Of a stretch of DNA of 64,000 nt, positions 30,245 to 39,973 are shown piece after piece. Position numbers and translations under genes: made by a program. The notes beneath the pieces are model-generated. The model was not told the origin of the DNA. It searched no databases and saw only the letters and a program-made list of their open reading frames with translations. This DNA comes from Verrucomicrobiota bacterium (lineage in GTDB: Bacteria; Verrucomicrobiota; Lentisphaeria; JABSQK01; JAJFLO01), in the NCBI GenBank assembly GCA_021772635.1, contig JAJFLP010000113.1, positions 813 to 64,812 on the forward strand, written 5' to 3'. The first letter of the stretch is position 1, and each line of letters begins with the position of its first letter.

Positions 30245-30362
30245 ATTCTAGACTCCTATGTCGATGGACAATTGATAAACGCCACGCCTTGATTGTGCTG
30301 CTCTCACAAATAATTTGTCCTGGCTTTTGGGGCGTGAGTTTTGTCTATTTTCAGTCCAGGCT

Positions 30363-30592
30363 CAATGTCATTCAGTTAAGGAATCATATTATTCGGGACC
30401 GTTGGTCCGGATGGCCGAGACTCTTCCCGCATGAGCGAGGATCCCCTCTGTGCGGGACGCTTGTGCGGAGAGGTCACGCTTCAGCGTGGTATTTCTTTAC
30501 CAGGAACTTAAGAACCACGCCCCGCGACTGCGTGGGCGCAAACTCCAACATGCGCCTTGAACGTGTCCCGTTTCCTTAACTTAATGACATTG
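30363..30592. mobile_element. IS4-like MITE, 230 bp, with 10-bp target site duplication
   Basis: TIRs CAATGTCATTCAGTTAAGGAA / TTCCTTAACTTAATGACATTG; AGTCCAGGCT at 30353-62 and 30593-602. Confidence 0.9.
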
Positions 30593-30699
30593 AGTCCAGG
30601 CTGACACTGTATAAGGAGAAGTCTTTTAACTAACCACGCAAGAGATATCGAACGATATTTCGAAAACTCGAACGCGTTCGGTATAGATGCAGCCGATAC

Positions 30700-31104
30700 T
30701 CATCTGCCGCGTGACTGCCCGCCTTTGCGGCCGCCGCCGTATCCGCCGCCACCACCGCGACCTCCATGACCGCCGCCAAATCCACCGCGTCCGCCCGCGT
30801 GGCCACCACTACGTCCACCGCCGAATCCACCACCACCGAATCCGCCGCCACCGCGGTTGTCGGGACGAGAACGGGCCTCATTCACAGTAAGTTCCCGTCC
30901 TTTCAGTTCCTTACCATTTAGCGTATCAATCGCTGCCTGCGCCTCCGTTTTTGAGGGCATCTCTACGAATCCGAATCCTTTTGATTGACCAGTGTGCTTA
31001 TCTGCTATAATCGTGATGGAATCGATCTTGCCAAAATCTTCCAGTGCCAATCGTAAATCGTCTTCTGTAACCTCGTATGACAAATTTCCTACATAGAGCT
31101 TCAT
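30700..31104 (-). CDS. RRM RNA-binding protein with Gly-rich tail
   Basis: LYVGNL (RNP2), KGFGFVEM (RNP1), RGG/GGF tail. Confidence 0.95.
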   Translation of the reverse strand: MKLYVGNLSYEVTEDDLRLALEDFGKIDSITIIADKHTGQSKGFGFVEMPSKTEAQAAIDTLNGKELKGRELTVNEARSRPDNRGGGGFGGGGFGGGRSGGHAGGRGGFGGGHGGRGGGGGYGGGRKGGQSRGR

Positions 31105-31191
31105 TCTAGTTCCCCTTTTTAGTCCAATTTATTGATTTTCGAGAATAAGTGACATTGAGCTCACACCAGTCTAGCTGAAGTCAAAAAACTG

Positions 31192-31899
31192 CTAAGTTGC
31201 GGACATCGGGTTCTTGCGCCTGATATTCTTGAGATCAGCGACGTAGAGCCAATAGCTGGCACGTTTTGACTTCTCGTGTACTTTCGCTGGAACCGTGTTA
31301 ACCTTGAAACCTTCTTTCCGCAACCGAGCCTCAAAATTCTCGTCCTGCGTTGCAGACCAAAACACAGCGCGACCACGTGTTTTCAGGGCCGATTGAATGG
31401 AGCGAATTCCCGAAGTCGAATATAAGGCAGAATTTTTTCGGGCCACCATCGCGATAGGACCGTTGTCGATGTCCAATAATATAGCGTCGTACGTTTTCGG
31501 TTCAGCGTTCTGGATTACCCGCGCCACGTCTGCCGTTCGGATCTCTACCCGTTGATCTTCAAGCAAAGCGCCGTTTAACTGCTTCAAATATTCTCGATTC
31601 CATTTTATCACGTCCGGTATCAGCTCGACCACTTCTACTATCGCTTCACAATCGACCGACTCCAATACGCTTCGAAGTGTAAACCCAAGTCCGAGCCCTC
31701 CGATCAGGACGCGAGCAGCCACCCCTTGTTCCAGTTGATCAACACCAAGTTTTCCGAGCTGTTTCTCCGAGGCACTCGCCTTTGAACGCATCAACCCCTG
31801 ACCGTTAAGGGTTATCAAAAACTCCCCATCATGTTCGTAGAGAGCAAGAGTCCCGCCACCCCGTGTTTTCGTCTCCGCTAGCTTGATTTGTGGTTTCAT
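31192..31899 (-). CDS. Spermidine-synthase-like SAM-dependent methyltransferase
   Basis: VLIGGLGLGFT, VVEL, AILLDIDNGP. Confidence 0.85.
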   Translation of the reverse strand: MKPQIKLAETKTRGGGTLALYEHDGEFLITLNGQGLMRSKASASEKQLGKLGVDQLEQGVAARVLIGGLGLGFTLRSVLESVDCEAIVEVVELIPDVIKWNREYLKQLNGALLEDQRVEIRTADVARVIQNAEPKTYDAILLDIDNGPIAMVARKNSALYSTSGIRSIQSALKTRGRAVFWSATQDENFEARLRKEGFKVNTVPAKVHEKSKRASYWLYVADLKNIRRKNPMSAT

Positions 31900-31999
31900 T
31901 TCAGCCCCCTCGGGCACATTTCCCTTTATAAAATCAGATTCACACTTCTGCACCCAAAATAGGCGGACATTCTGTATTCGTGTTATTCTCTAAAAACAC

Positions 32000-32992
32000 T
32001 TAACCGAGTTCAGCAAGTTCTGAGTTGACCCTCGAAATCTGAGTTCGCACGTCCTGTATTTCCTGACGCCAGTAATTTAGCGTGCCCCATTCCGGATTCG
32101 CGTGCAAAAAACCGCCATCACCGATTTGACGCGCGCACCATGCGCAAAAATGAATATAACGCATTCCGCGAAGGACCTCGATCAACTTCAGCTGGGAATC
32201 CGGAAACTCGAGGAACGTCTCGTAGCCTTCCGCGAAAAGATTAATCTCCCTGCGCACTTCGCTACTGCTTCCCGGAAGCAACATCCAAAGATCCTGAATC
32301 GCCGGGCCCATCGCCATATCATCGAAGTCAATCATAAAGAAAAACTCCCCTGGCCGGTAAATTAGATTTGCCAAATGAAAGTCGCCGTGAATACGCTGAA
32401 GCGGGACCTCTTCGAACAGTGGTTTCGCCAGTTCAATAAATTGCCGCGCGACCTCCTGGTACTCCTCGTCCAATGAATCCGTAAGGAAATTCCCTTCGAG
32501 AATATAATTGACATGTTCTTCGGTCACGATACCTGGACTCCAGGTAACCCGGGAAATAGCCGCCCGCGTCGCGCCGATTTGATGAACGCGCCCAACCATC
32601 CTCCCGACCTCAATCCAATCGTCGTCGAGTATCTCGTCGCAAGTCCGGCCGCCCTTTTTGGGAAAAAGGGCAAAATGCATCTTCTCCTCAAGACCGAGTG
32701 TGGAGCCGTCGCGCAGGACTCGTGGTGCGATGATCGGAATTTCGGCTTCCGAAAGTTCACGCAAAAAGTCATGTTCTTCCTGTAATGCCTCTCGCGTCCA
32801 TCGCCCTGGTCGGTAGAACTTGGCAACAATGCTCTCTCCGGCGGCCGTTTGTAATTCGTAAACCCGGTTAATGTAACTTGTGTACGGACGGCAGACGGCA
32901 CTCATGCGCTGACCGCTCGCGTCCTCTGCGACGCGGAGGATTGTCGCGGGATCCAGCGAATAAAAGTCAGAATCTTCTTTTTCAAAGTCCAT
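32000..32992 (-). CDS. srkA: Stress response kinase A-like (RdoA/YihE) Ser/Thr kinase
   Basis: SYINRVY, AKFYRPGRW, EEHDF, RIHGDFH, IDFDD, AIQDLWM. Confidence 0.88.
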   Translation of the reverse strand: MDFEKEDSDFYSLDPATILRVAEDASGQRMSAVCRPYTSYINRVYELQTAAGESIVAKFYRPGRWTREALQEEHDFLRELSEAEIPIIAPRVLRDGSTLGLEEKMHFALFPKKGGRTCDEILDDDWIEVGRMVGRVHQIGATRAAISRVTWSPGIVTEEHVNYILEGNFLTDSLDEEYQEVARQFIELAKPLFEEVPLQRIHGDFHLANLIYRPGEFFFMIDFDDMAMGPAIQDLWMLLPGSSSEVRREINLFAEGYETFLEFPDSQLKLIEVLRGMRYIHFCAWCARQIGDGGFLHANPEWGTLNYWRQEIQDVRTQISRVNSELAELG

Positions 32993-33014
32993 AAATATTG
33001 TGGTATCCTTCTTA

Positions 33015-33290
33015 TATACTGCAAGCAGTACAATTTTTCGACGACTCAATCGTGGTAGCGTATGGGATTCCGAGCAATATTTCTCTCCGTATTCTCGGAG
33101 ACCGCTCGTGCGGACCGCATAAGCGAGGGTCTCGGGTAATCCGGACGAAAACTCGCTGACGAATTATGATACCGACAGCGAAGGAACTATTGACGTCAGA
33201 GATAGTTCCAGTAGATTCGTGACTGAGGGAAGGACTGCAAGCAGTCCATTTTTCAGAAAACGCACTTGAACATGATCGGTAAAAATTATA
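33015..33290. mobile_element. Composite family A element(s)
   Basis: TATACTGCAAGCAGTACAATTTT start; second hairpin GGACTGCAAGCAGTCC at about 33232. Confidence 0.7.
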
Positions 33291-33315
33291 CACAAGGAAT
33301 CATAATTTTCGTCTT

Positions 33316-34044
33316 ATGCCATATTCACAACTAAATTTAAAAGAAGCGGCTGCCTATCTTCATCTGAGTACTGATCAAATGGAGAAACTGGCGCGTGACG
33401 AGAATTTATCGGATAAATTCGTTAAAGATCAGCCGGTGTTTTCAAGGCGGGTCCTCCATGATTGGTTAAGCCAGAAATTGGTTGGCAGTAAAGCCGAGTC
33501 AATCGATCGCTTCGATAGCGCGGTAATCAACCTCGAAGAAATGTCGATCGAACGGGAAATATTGTTTCTCAGCCAATTCCTGACTCCATTCACCATCAAT
33601 CCAATGCTTGAAGCGAAAACGAAAAGCAGCGTTCTCCGGGAGCTGGTTAAACTCGCTGCGAAAAGTGAGTTACTAACCGATGAAGCCGAGTTGCTGCAGC
33701 TGGTCGGCGAACGCGAGGCCCTATGCTCGACGGGTCTCGGTCGCGGCGTCGCGATGCCACACAGTCGAAATCACTCGGATTACTTGATCCTCGACTCGTT
33801 TCTCGTTATCGCACGGATACCCGGAGGAATCCCATTCGGATCACCGGACGGAGAGCTGGTCGATTTATTTCTTATGCCGTGCGCGAATAATGACCGTCTC
33901 CACCTGCATATGATCGCGCGCATCGCGCTTCTCCTGCATAAAACTGACCTGGCGAATGAGTTACGCGACTGCGCGACTGCTGAAGAAATGGCGGACACTG
34001 TCGAAGATATCGAAAGGGTCTTTACGGAAGACAACGAAAAATAG
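33316..34044 (+). CDS. HTH-fused PTS EIIA (Ntr/fructose-type)
   Basis: LNLKEAAAYL HTH; EREALCSTGLGRGVAMPH phospho-His motif; FGSPDG. Confidence 0.9.
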   Translation: MPYSQLNLKEAAAYLHLSTDQMEKLARDENLSDKFVKDQPVFSRRVLHDWLSQKLVGSKAESIDRFDSAVINLEEMSIEREILFLSQFLTPFTINPMLEAKTKSSVLRELVKLAAKSELLTDEAELLQLVGEREALCSTGLGRGVAMPHSRNHSDYLILDSFLVIARIPGGIPFGSPDGELVDLFLMPCANNDRLHLHMIARIALLLHKTDLANELRDCATAEEMADTVEDIERVFTEDNEK

Positions 34045-34125
34045 GGTGCCTGCAGCCGGATTTTCGAATCGCGCAGAATTGACCGCGTAAAATCTTCGAG
34101 AACTCGTTAGATATGACCTGCGAAC

Positions 34126-34710
34126 ATGGAAAGATCAGCTAAGAAAAGAAAGCGTAGACCTAATACTTCCGACGCGCGATTACTGTTTGTATCGATTATT
34201 GGACTCGCTTTACTATTCGTTTTTTTGATTAATTTGCCGATAGCGCAAAACCTGCTCCTGGCAGTTGATAAATTTACGGCATTCACATTTTCTACATTGA
34301 CTAACGCTTTCGGTTACGAGTCCCAATTGAGTGACATATTGGTGCGAATCCAGGCTGACAATACGACAAGGTCCGTGGTCATTGGTTACGGTTGTGACGG
34401 AGTGCTGGCTTATCTGATTTTGCTTAGCGCAATCTTGCCTTTTCCTTGCCGAAAGTGGTATAAGGTCATCGGCGCACTCGTAGGCATGGTATTTGTTTTC
34501 ATCATAAACCAAATTCGTTTGGCCGGGCTTACGGTCGTTCTGTTCAAATTGAAGGACTTGTCAGATTTTGAGTTGTACCACGTTGGGTACGGGCAGGTAT
34601 ATGCGATTGTAATGGTCTTCCTGTTTTGGTCTCTATGGGCATCTCAAGTCGTAAAACGAGGGCGACGCTCAGGAGATAAAATGCCGCGCGCGGCAGCCGC
34701 CGGCGAATAA
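34126..34710 (+). CDS. Exosortase/archaeosortase family protein
   Basis: Multi-TM protein with Cys (YGCDG), Arg (INQIR) and His (ELYH) triad. Confidence 0.8.
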   Translation: MERSAKKRKRRPNTSDARLLFVSIIGLALLFVFLINLPIAQNLLLAVDKFTAFTFSTLTNAFGYESQLSDILVRIQADNTTRSVVIGYGCDGVLAYLILLSAILPFPCRKWYKVIGALVGMVFVFIINQIRLAGLTVVLFKLKDLSDFELYHVGYGQVYAIVMVFLFWSLWASQVVKRGRRSGDKMPRAAAAGE

Positions 34711-34713
34711 ATC

Positions 34714-34975
34714 TATACCGCAAACGGTATAATTTTTGGTCCGTATGGACGGACTCCGCTCGTGTGGAGAAGACTTTTAACCTGTCACCTAAGGGATTCC
34801 GAACGATATAGACTGCAAGCAGTCGAATTTTCGATCCCGCATGCGGAATCACGGTAGGCAAATATTTTAGAAAACTTGTCGGCGTGTGTCGCGTTGCGAC
34901 GACGTCGCTCACGCGAAAACCTGACTGGAGTTGGTATATTTTTATCCGGTATTCTGCTGGACAGCAGAACGGGGA
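34714..34975. mobile_element. Nested family A elements (inner copy 34809..34938 including TA flanks)
   Basis: Removing the inner copy restores GAACGATATATTTTTATCCGGTATTCTGCTGG, similar to other copies. Confidence 0.8.
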
Positions 34976-35020
34976 ATTAAACCCACTGGTGGGATTAACC
35001 CACTGCTCAACCGAGCACGC

Positions 35021-35665
35021 ATGACCAAATCGACCGATATGACCTATGACGTCGATAGCATCCTGTCGTCAAACTTTCCTTCTCGACGGCAGTTCTTAAT
35101 CGGGTTGTTCAAAGTACTTGCAGGGGTCGTGTCGCTACTCCTGGTGTGGACACAGACACCGATCGGAGACGCTGTTGTCGGATGTTTCAAGTCGACGAGC
35201 CGCGCCACGACCCGATTATTGGAGGAAGAAAAATCGACCGTTAAGGCATCCAATGTACGCAATGAGTTCGGTGTGTTGGTTGAGCGGAGGGAAGTACATG
35301 TTGTGCGGGACAATATTGAAGCGGAATTGAACCCCTGTTACTACTTGACAGTTTTTATCCCCGCGGTAATCGCTTTACTATTCCCCACGATATCACTAAC
35401 GATAACTGCGATTCGAGTAGGGCTGGGAACGGTCTTTATGGCCCTCTACCTTTACGGTGCGACGGTAATTTTTTCGTACCTGCAGTTTCACCGCCTGTTG
35501 CCGGAGTCATTCATGGCGGGCGTTCTCTTATCGCTTTCCTTCATCGTCATGCCAATAGCAAGCCTTGGCGGGGCTGTAATGTCCTACGGCTACTGGTGTC
35601 GACGCCGCGATAGGATTTCTGAGCCCTTCAGCAGCAAGAAAAAATCCGCGAGAACTAAACGGTAG
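35021..35665 (+). CDS. Membrane protein downstream of the exosortase
   Basis: One N-terminal and about three C-terminal hydrophobic helices, basic tail; no family recognised. Confidence 0.6.
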   Translation: MTKSTDMTYDVDSILSSNFPSRRQFLIGLFKVLAGVVSLLLVWTQTPIGDAVVGCFKSTSRATTRLLEEEKSTVKASNVRNEFGVLVERREVHVVRDNIEAELNPCYYLTVFIPAVIALLFPTISLTITAIRVGLGTVFMALYLYGATVIFSYLQFHRLLPESFMAGVLLSLSFIVMPIASLGGAVMSYGYWCRRRDRISEPFSSKKKSARTKR

Positions 35666-35679
35666 CTTCGGTCCAGCGG

Positions 35680-36723
35680 TTAAGAGATCTGCTTCTCTTG
35701 CGCGGATTTACGCGTTTGTTCCGTTACCAATTGCTGCAAATGCTCGAATGACTTAAGGTTTGATGAGCCTTCAATGGCCTTTACGGCGATATCCTGAACC
35801 TGACTCGATGCTTTGTCCGCCTGTTCAGAAAGTATGGATAGACGTTTGTTTTGCTCGGAAATCGCTTGTTCCAGGGATTCAATTCGTGCCTTGAATACAT
35901 TGCGCTCACCCTCGAATTCCTTGGTCGACAAGTCTTCCCGATTTTTTGTTTCCTGTTTGATTCTCTCTGTTACTTCCTTGACGGCTTTGGTTACTTCTGT
36001 TTCAAGCGCCTTCGGAAATGTCTCGGCCTTCGCTCGCAGTTCTTCCAGTTCGCTTTCCCGATCGTTTAGGGTCTTTTCGCGCTCGGCAAACTCGACTTCT
36101 AATTGGTTTCGTTTCTCTTCGATTTCTCTTTCCAGCTTTGCTTTCTCGTCGTCAAACTTGTCTTTTGCAAGCTGACGTTCCCGATTATACGTATACTCGT
36201 ATTCTTCTTTTTCCTTTTTCCAATTCTCTCGAGTTGTTTCTATCTGTCGCCCCAGCTCTTCTGTACGCGAATTTAATTCCTGTTCCAGCGCGTCTTTTCT
36301 GGAAACCATTTCCGTTTCGAATTCGGCACACTTCTGATTCTGTGCTTCGAGCAGAGCGGCCAGACTTTGAGCGGACTTCTGAATCTCATATATCTCGTGA
36401 AGCTCATCCTCTTTTTCCTGAATCGCCCTTTTTATTTGAACATACTTGTTGATCTCCTGCTCCATTCGGTCTGACAATTCGCTCAGTAATCTGGCCGCTT
36501 CACCCTTTATTGAAGTCGCATTTTTCATGATGCTGTCCATGGAAAGCGAGTCCGCAATATTAACCGCTTGGAGGGCCTCTTTTTCCCTGACTTTCTCTTC
36601 AGGGCGCAATTCGGATTCCCGCTGTGCTTCGATCTGCTTTACTAAATCGCCGTAAGCGTCCAGAAGTTGTTGTTTAGTGTTCGAACTTGACACCTTTTTT
36701 GGTTGAACTTTTTTTTCAGCCAT
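35680..36723 (-). CDS. Long coiled-coil protein of unknown function
   Basis: E/K/Q-rich heptads; NTKQQLLDAY, EEYEY, VQDIAVKAIEG. Confidence 0.8.
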   Translation of the reverse strand: MAEKKVQPKKVSSSNTKQQLLDAYGDLVKQIEAQRESELRPEEKVREKEALQAVNIADSLSMDSIMKNATSIKGEAARLLSELSDRMEQEINKYVQIKRAIQEKEDELHEIYEIQKSAQSLAALLEAQNQKCAEFETEMVSRKDALEQELNSRTEELGRQIETTRENWKKEKEEYEYTYNRERQLAKDKFDDEKAKLEREIEEKRNQLEVEFAEREKTLNDRESELEELRAKAETFPKALETEVTKAVKEVTERIKQETKNREDLSTKEFEGERNVFKARIESLEQAISEQNKRLSILSEQADKASSQVQDIAVKAIEGSSNLKSFEHLQQLVTEQTRKSAQEKQIS

Positions 36724-36740
36724 GGTACATATCCCTTTTA

Positions 36741-36946
36741 TATACCGAACGTCTTCATCCCGCATGCAGGATGAAAAATCGTTCGGAGTCTCTTACACAA
36801 TCATTTTGAAGTCGTCTCTCCGCATTCTCGGAGTCCGCTTATGCCGCCGGCACAAGCGGACTCCGAGAATGCGGAGAGAAATATCGTTCGAAATCTTATT
36901 CGCGGTGAGATTCAGGTCGTTCAAAACCTCAACTGCTTGCAGTTTA
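36741..36946. mobile_element. TA-flanked miniature element (family A)
   Basis: TATACCGAACGTCTT ... AACTGCTTGCAGTTTA. Confidence 0.8.
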
Positions 36947-37139
36947 TTTCGTGTTCGATCAACAAAAACCTCTAACGCGGATTCATTAATAAGAAATTAG
37001 TGCTCTACCTTCCTTATTTAAACCCAGAAATAGCGAATCTTGAAAGCTGAGCAAGTCCCTGTTTATTCTCGCATGAGTCATAACAGATATTATATTGCCG
37101 AATGATTCATTTTTCAGGAAATACCGTCACCGTCGATTA

Positions 37140-37588
37140 CCCAAGATCAATTTCCATTTTCATGAACTCACGGTCGACAATAAGGCCGTTGTCCTTTTGG
37201 AAATTGGGGCTGCTTTTCGGCATCCGGTGCAGTTCAAGAATACAGAGTACATCCGTATCGGTTCGTATAAGAAGAAACTCAAAGATTTCCCCGAGAATGA
37301 GCGCGAACTATGGCGTGTATTCGATAAAACGCCATTCGAACAGGAGATTGCCGCAGAAAACGTGAGCTCCGATGAGTTCCTCCGCCTATTGGACTATCCC
37401 AGCTTTTTCGATCTTCTACAATTACCATTACCGGAATCGCGAGAAGGCATTTTGGGCGGATTGGAGGCAGAGGAAATGATCGGGCAAAGTCAAAGCGGCA
37501 ATTGGAATATTACGAATCTTGGAGCCGTATTGTTCGCAAAGAAACTAGCTGACTTTCGTACATTAAACGCAAAGCAGTCCGTGTAATT
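37140..37588 (+). pseudogene. Internal fragment of an AlbA_2 (Schlafen-like)/HATPase protein gene
   Basis: EYIRIGSYKKKL, ERELW, LLDYPSFFDLL, NITNLGAVLFAK; then frameshifted RKAVRVI and abrupt truncation; no credible start. Confidence 0.7.
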
Positions 37589-37694
37589 TAAGCCGCTTTA
37601 TGATGTCCAGATACCGCGTGTGCGCAGTGCGATTGAGGTACTTAGGCAATTTCCTTCGACGATTCACCACAGCAATAAGCCCACTTCTTGAATG
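37584..37694 (-). pseudogene. Diverged 111-bp copy of the rpsO 3' end
   Basis: [37 protein letters not shown]; 12 differences from 40227..40337 by my alignment. Confidence 0.95.
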
Positions 37695-37710
37695 GGAGGT
37701 ACAATAATCG

Positions 37711-37966
37711 GCCGAGCAACAGAAATTTAATGATGCAGGACAATGCGAGCTGCGCGTCGCACGGGTACTGACCGTCGGGCGATTGGACGACGATGTCGCG
37801 GCACCCGCAACTCTATCGTCGCAACAACAACGGCTGGACCAGTTGGAGCAGTTGCGACGCACCACAACCGAAGGACTGGGATATGATTATCCAGAACGAC
37901 TTTCGCGAGTTCTTGAAATTGCTGAAGGACGATGACGTCGAATTCGTGATTCTTGGCGGGTACGCG
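37711..37966 (+). pseudogene. Remnant of a small protein plus overlapping nucleotidyltransferase gene pair
   Basis: Start-less ...QQRLDQLEQLRR...PERLSRVLEIAEGR* overlapping MIIQNDFREFLKLLKDDDVEFVILGGYA, which is truncated. Confidence 0.6.
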
Positions 37967-38013
37967 CGCCGGGACAACGATTCACCGAGCCCCTATCGCA
38001 AGAGCCAAATAGA

Positions 38014-38110
38014 TAGACTGCAAGCTGTCGAATTTTCGATCCCGCATGCGGGATCACAGTAGGCAAAGATTTTATGAAACTTGTCGACAGCCTGACTGGA
38101 AGTTAGGATA
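38014..38110. mobile_element. Family A element (subtype B end)
   Basis: TAGACTGCAAGCTGTCGAATTTT ... CCTGACTGGAAGTTAGGATA. Confidence 0.75.
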
Positions 38111-38143
38111 GTAGCGACGGGTAACGACGGAGCACCGACTTGA

Positions 38144-38737
38144 ATGCATCCTCGCGTAAACGAATTACATAATATCATGCCGATTGATAACATTCCTTCG
38201 GTATTACGATATGGAATATTGTCAAACAATCGAGCCTCGAAGTTACACCACCAGTCCATTGCAATGGATGAAATTCAAGACCGCCGGGATAAGATCAGAA
38301 TACCGGGCGGATCAAAATTGCATCACTACGCAAACTTATATTTCGACGCGCGCAATCCGATGATGTATAAACGGAAAGAAAACGCGAGTGATCTGTGTAT
38401 ATTGAGAGTATCAGCGGACGTGCTTAAAATTGACGGAACAGTGATTGCGGACAGGAATGCGTCCAGTGACTATGTCCGGTTCCTGTCGCCGGATGCGTTA
38501 GAGCAACTGGACTTTGACATGATTTTTGCCGCCGACTGGAGACACTCAGACGAGATTGCATATTATAAACACCGATCAATCAAATGTGCGGAGGTCCTGA
38601 TACCGGACTATATAGATGTTCATTATATAGTCGGTGCCTTTGCGGTAAACGACAAAATCGCGAGTACGTTGAGGAAGGCGGGGTTCATGTTACAAATTGA
38701 CGTAAATCCATATCTTTTTTCAGTGAGTGACGGATGA
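38144..38737 (+). CDS. darT: DarT ssDNA ADP-ribosyltransferase toxin (DUF4433)
   Basis: LHNIMPIDNIPSVLRYGILS, LHHYANLYFDARNPMMY, ADRNASS, CAEVLIP (catalytic Glu). Confidence 0.9.
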   Translation: MHPRVNELHNIMPIDNIPSVLRYGILSNNRASKLHHQSIAMDEIQDRRDKIRIPGGSKLHHYANLYFDARNPMMYKRKENASDLCILRVSADVLKIDGTVIADRNASSDYVRFLSPDALEQLDFDMIFAADWRHSDEIAYYKHRSIKCAEVLIPDYIDVHYIVGAFAVNDKIASTLRKAGFMLQIDVNPYLFSVSDG

Positions 38738-39846
38738 TTAAAGTTAAAATAGGCGATTTATTCGAAAGTCAGGCAACGACGCTTGTTAATACGGTGAACT
38801 GCGTCGGAGTGATGGGGAAAGGAATTGCCCAGGAATTCAAAAAACGATTCCCGGAAATGTTTAGTGATTACGCGCAACGATGCAATCTAAACCGTGTTGT
38901 TCCTGGTGTTCCCTATTTATACACAGACCTTCTTGGAACATCAATTATAAATTTTCCAACCAAGAAACATTGGCGATCACCGTCACGCATCAGCGACATA
39001 ATTCATGGGCTTGATGTTTTTCTGAATGAATATGAAAAATGGAATATCGACTCGGTCGCATTCCCACCACTGGGTTGTGGAAATGGCGGACTTGAGTGGA
39101 GCTTGGTAGGTCCAATTATATACCAAAAATTGTCCGCTGAGAATATCTCTGTTGATTTATTCGCCCCGTATGGAACCCCTAAAAAACAACTCTCAATTGA
39201 TTTTCTTGAACAACCGGTGGATCGAGACGATTCAGTTAAGGGGCATACTCAACGGAAATTCAATGTCGCATGGGTCGCCTTACTAAACGTCATAGATGAA
39301 CTCCAGAAGCAACCCTATGCCAATCCAGTAGGACGAACGATTTTTCAAAAAATCTGCTATGTAATGACTGAATTGGGGCTGGAAACCGGATTCGAATTTA
39401 GGCAAGGAAGCTATGGACCTTTTTCGCCAGAGGTTCAGGATACATTGAGTGTCTTTGCCAATATGAATCTCGTACAGGAACAACAGTTGGGACGAATGAC
39501 CGCACTTAAAATCGGACCCGAATACAAGACTATATTAACTCAATATGCTAATCAGCTATCCCAATATAATGACAAAGTAAGGAAGACCGTGGATTTATTC
39601 AGTCGCGTAAAAAGTACAAAGCAGGCGGAAGAGGTAACGACGGTTCTTTATGCTGCACGCACGTTAAAAACTGAAGAAAACAAAAATTCCGTTACTGAGC
39701 AGGATATTTTCGATTTTATTATCGACTGGAAGAAAACATGGACAGGTCAGGAGAAGCGAAACTCTATCGTAAAAGCGATTCGTAATCTTGAAGTGCTTGG
39801 ATGGTTACGACTGAAGTACAGCGAATCTCTACCACAGCCTGAATGA
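38734..39846 (+). CDS. darG: DarG macrodomain antitoxin
   Basis: GDLF, VNTVNCVGVMGKGIA, NFPTK, AFPPLGCGNGGL; C-terminal QKICY and YGPFS; ATGA overlap with darT. Confidence 0.92.
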   Translation: MIKVKIGDLFESQATTLVNTVNCVGVMGKGIAQEFKKRFPEMFSDYAQRCNLNRVVPGVPYLYTDLLGTSIINFPTKKHWRSPSRISDIIHGLDVFLNEYEKWNIDSVAFPPLGCGNGGLEWSLVGPIIYQKLSAENISVDLFAPYGTPKKQLSIDFLEQPVDRDDSVKGHTQRKFNVAWVALLNVIDELQKQPYANPVGRTIFQKICYVMTELGLETGFEFRQGSYGPFSPEVQDTLSVFANMNLVQEQQLGRMTALKIGPEYKTILTQYANQLSQYNDKVRKTVDLFSRVKSTKQAEEVTTVLYAARTLKTEENKNSVTEQDIFDFIIDWKKTWTGQEKRNSIVKAIRNLEVLGWLRLKYSESLPQPE

Positions 39847-39973
39847 CTTCATCCATACTCCATTGTCTGCGAACGTCAATGCGCCCAAGGATAAACTTTT
39901 TTTTCGGTGGAACTGGGTTGTGGATTTAGACAGACGATCGAAGTCAGATCAGTTCGGGAAGGATAAGGAAGAG

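Noticed and set aside
30630..30890. His/Arg-rich and Val/Ala-rich ORFs
   Set aside because: They are alternative frames of the Gly-rich RRM tail.
33053..33073. TGGTAGCG...GGGATTC resembling the tRNA-Met 3' end (att site)
   Set aside because: The match is short and gapped, and lies within family A repeat sequence.
35680..36723. Coiled-coil protein as a defence or cytoskeletal component
   Set aside because: No motif supports a specific function.
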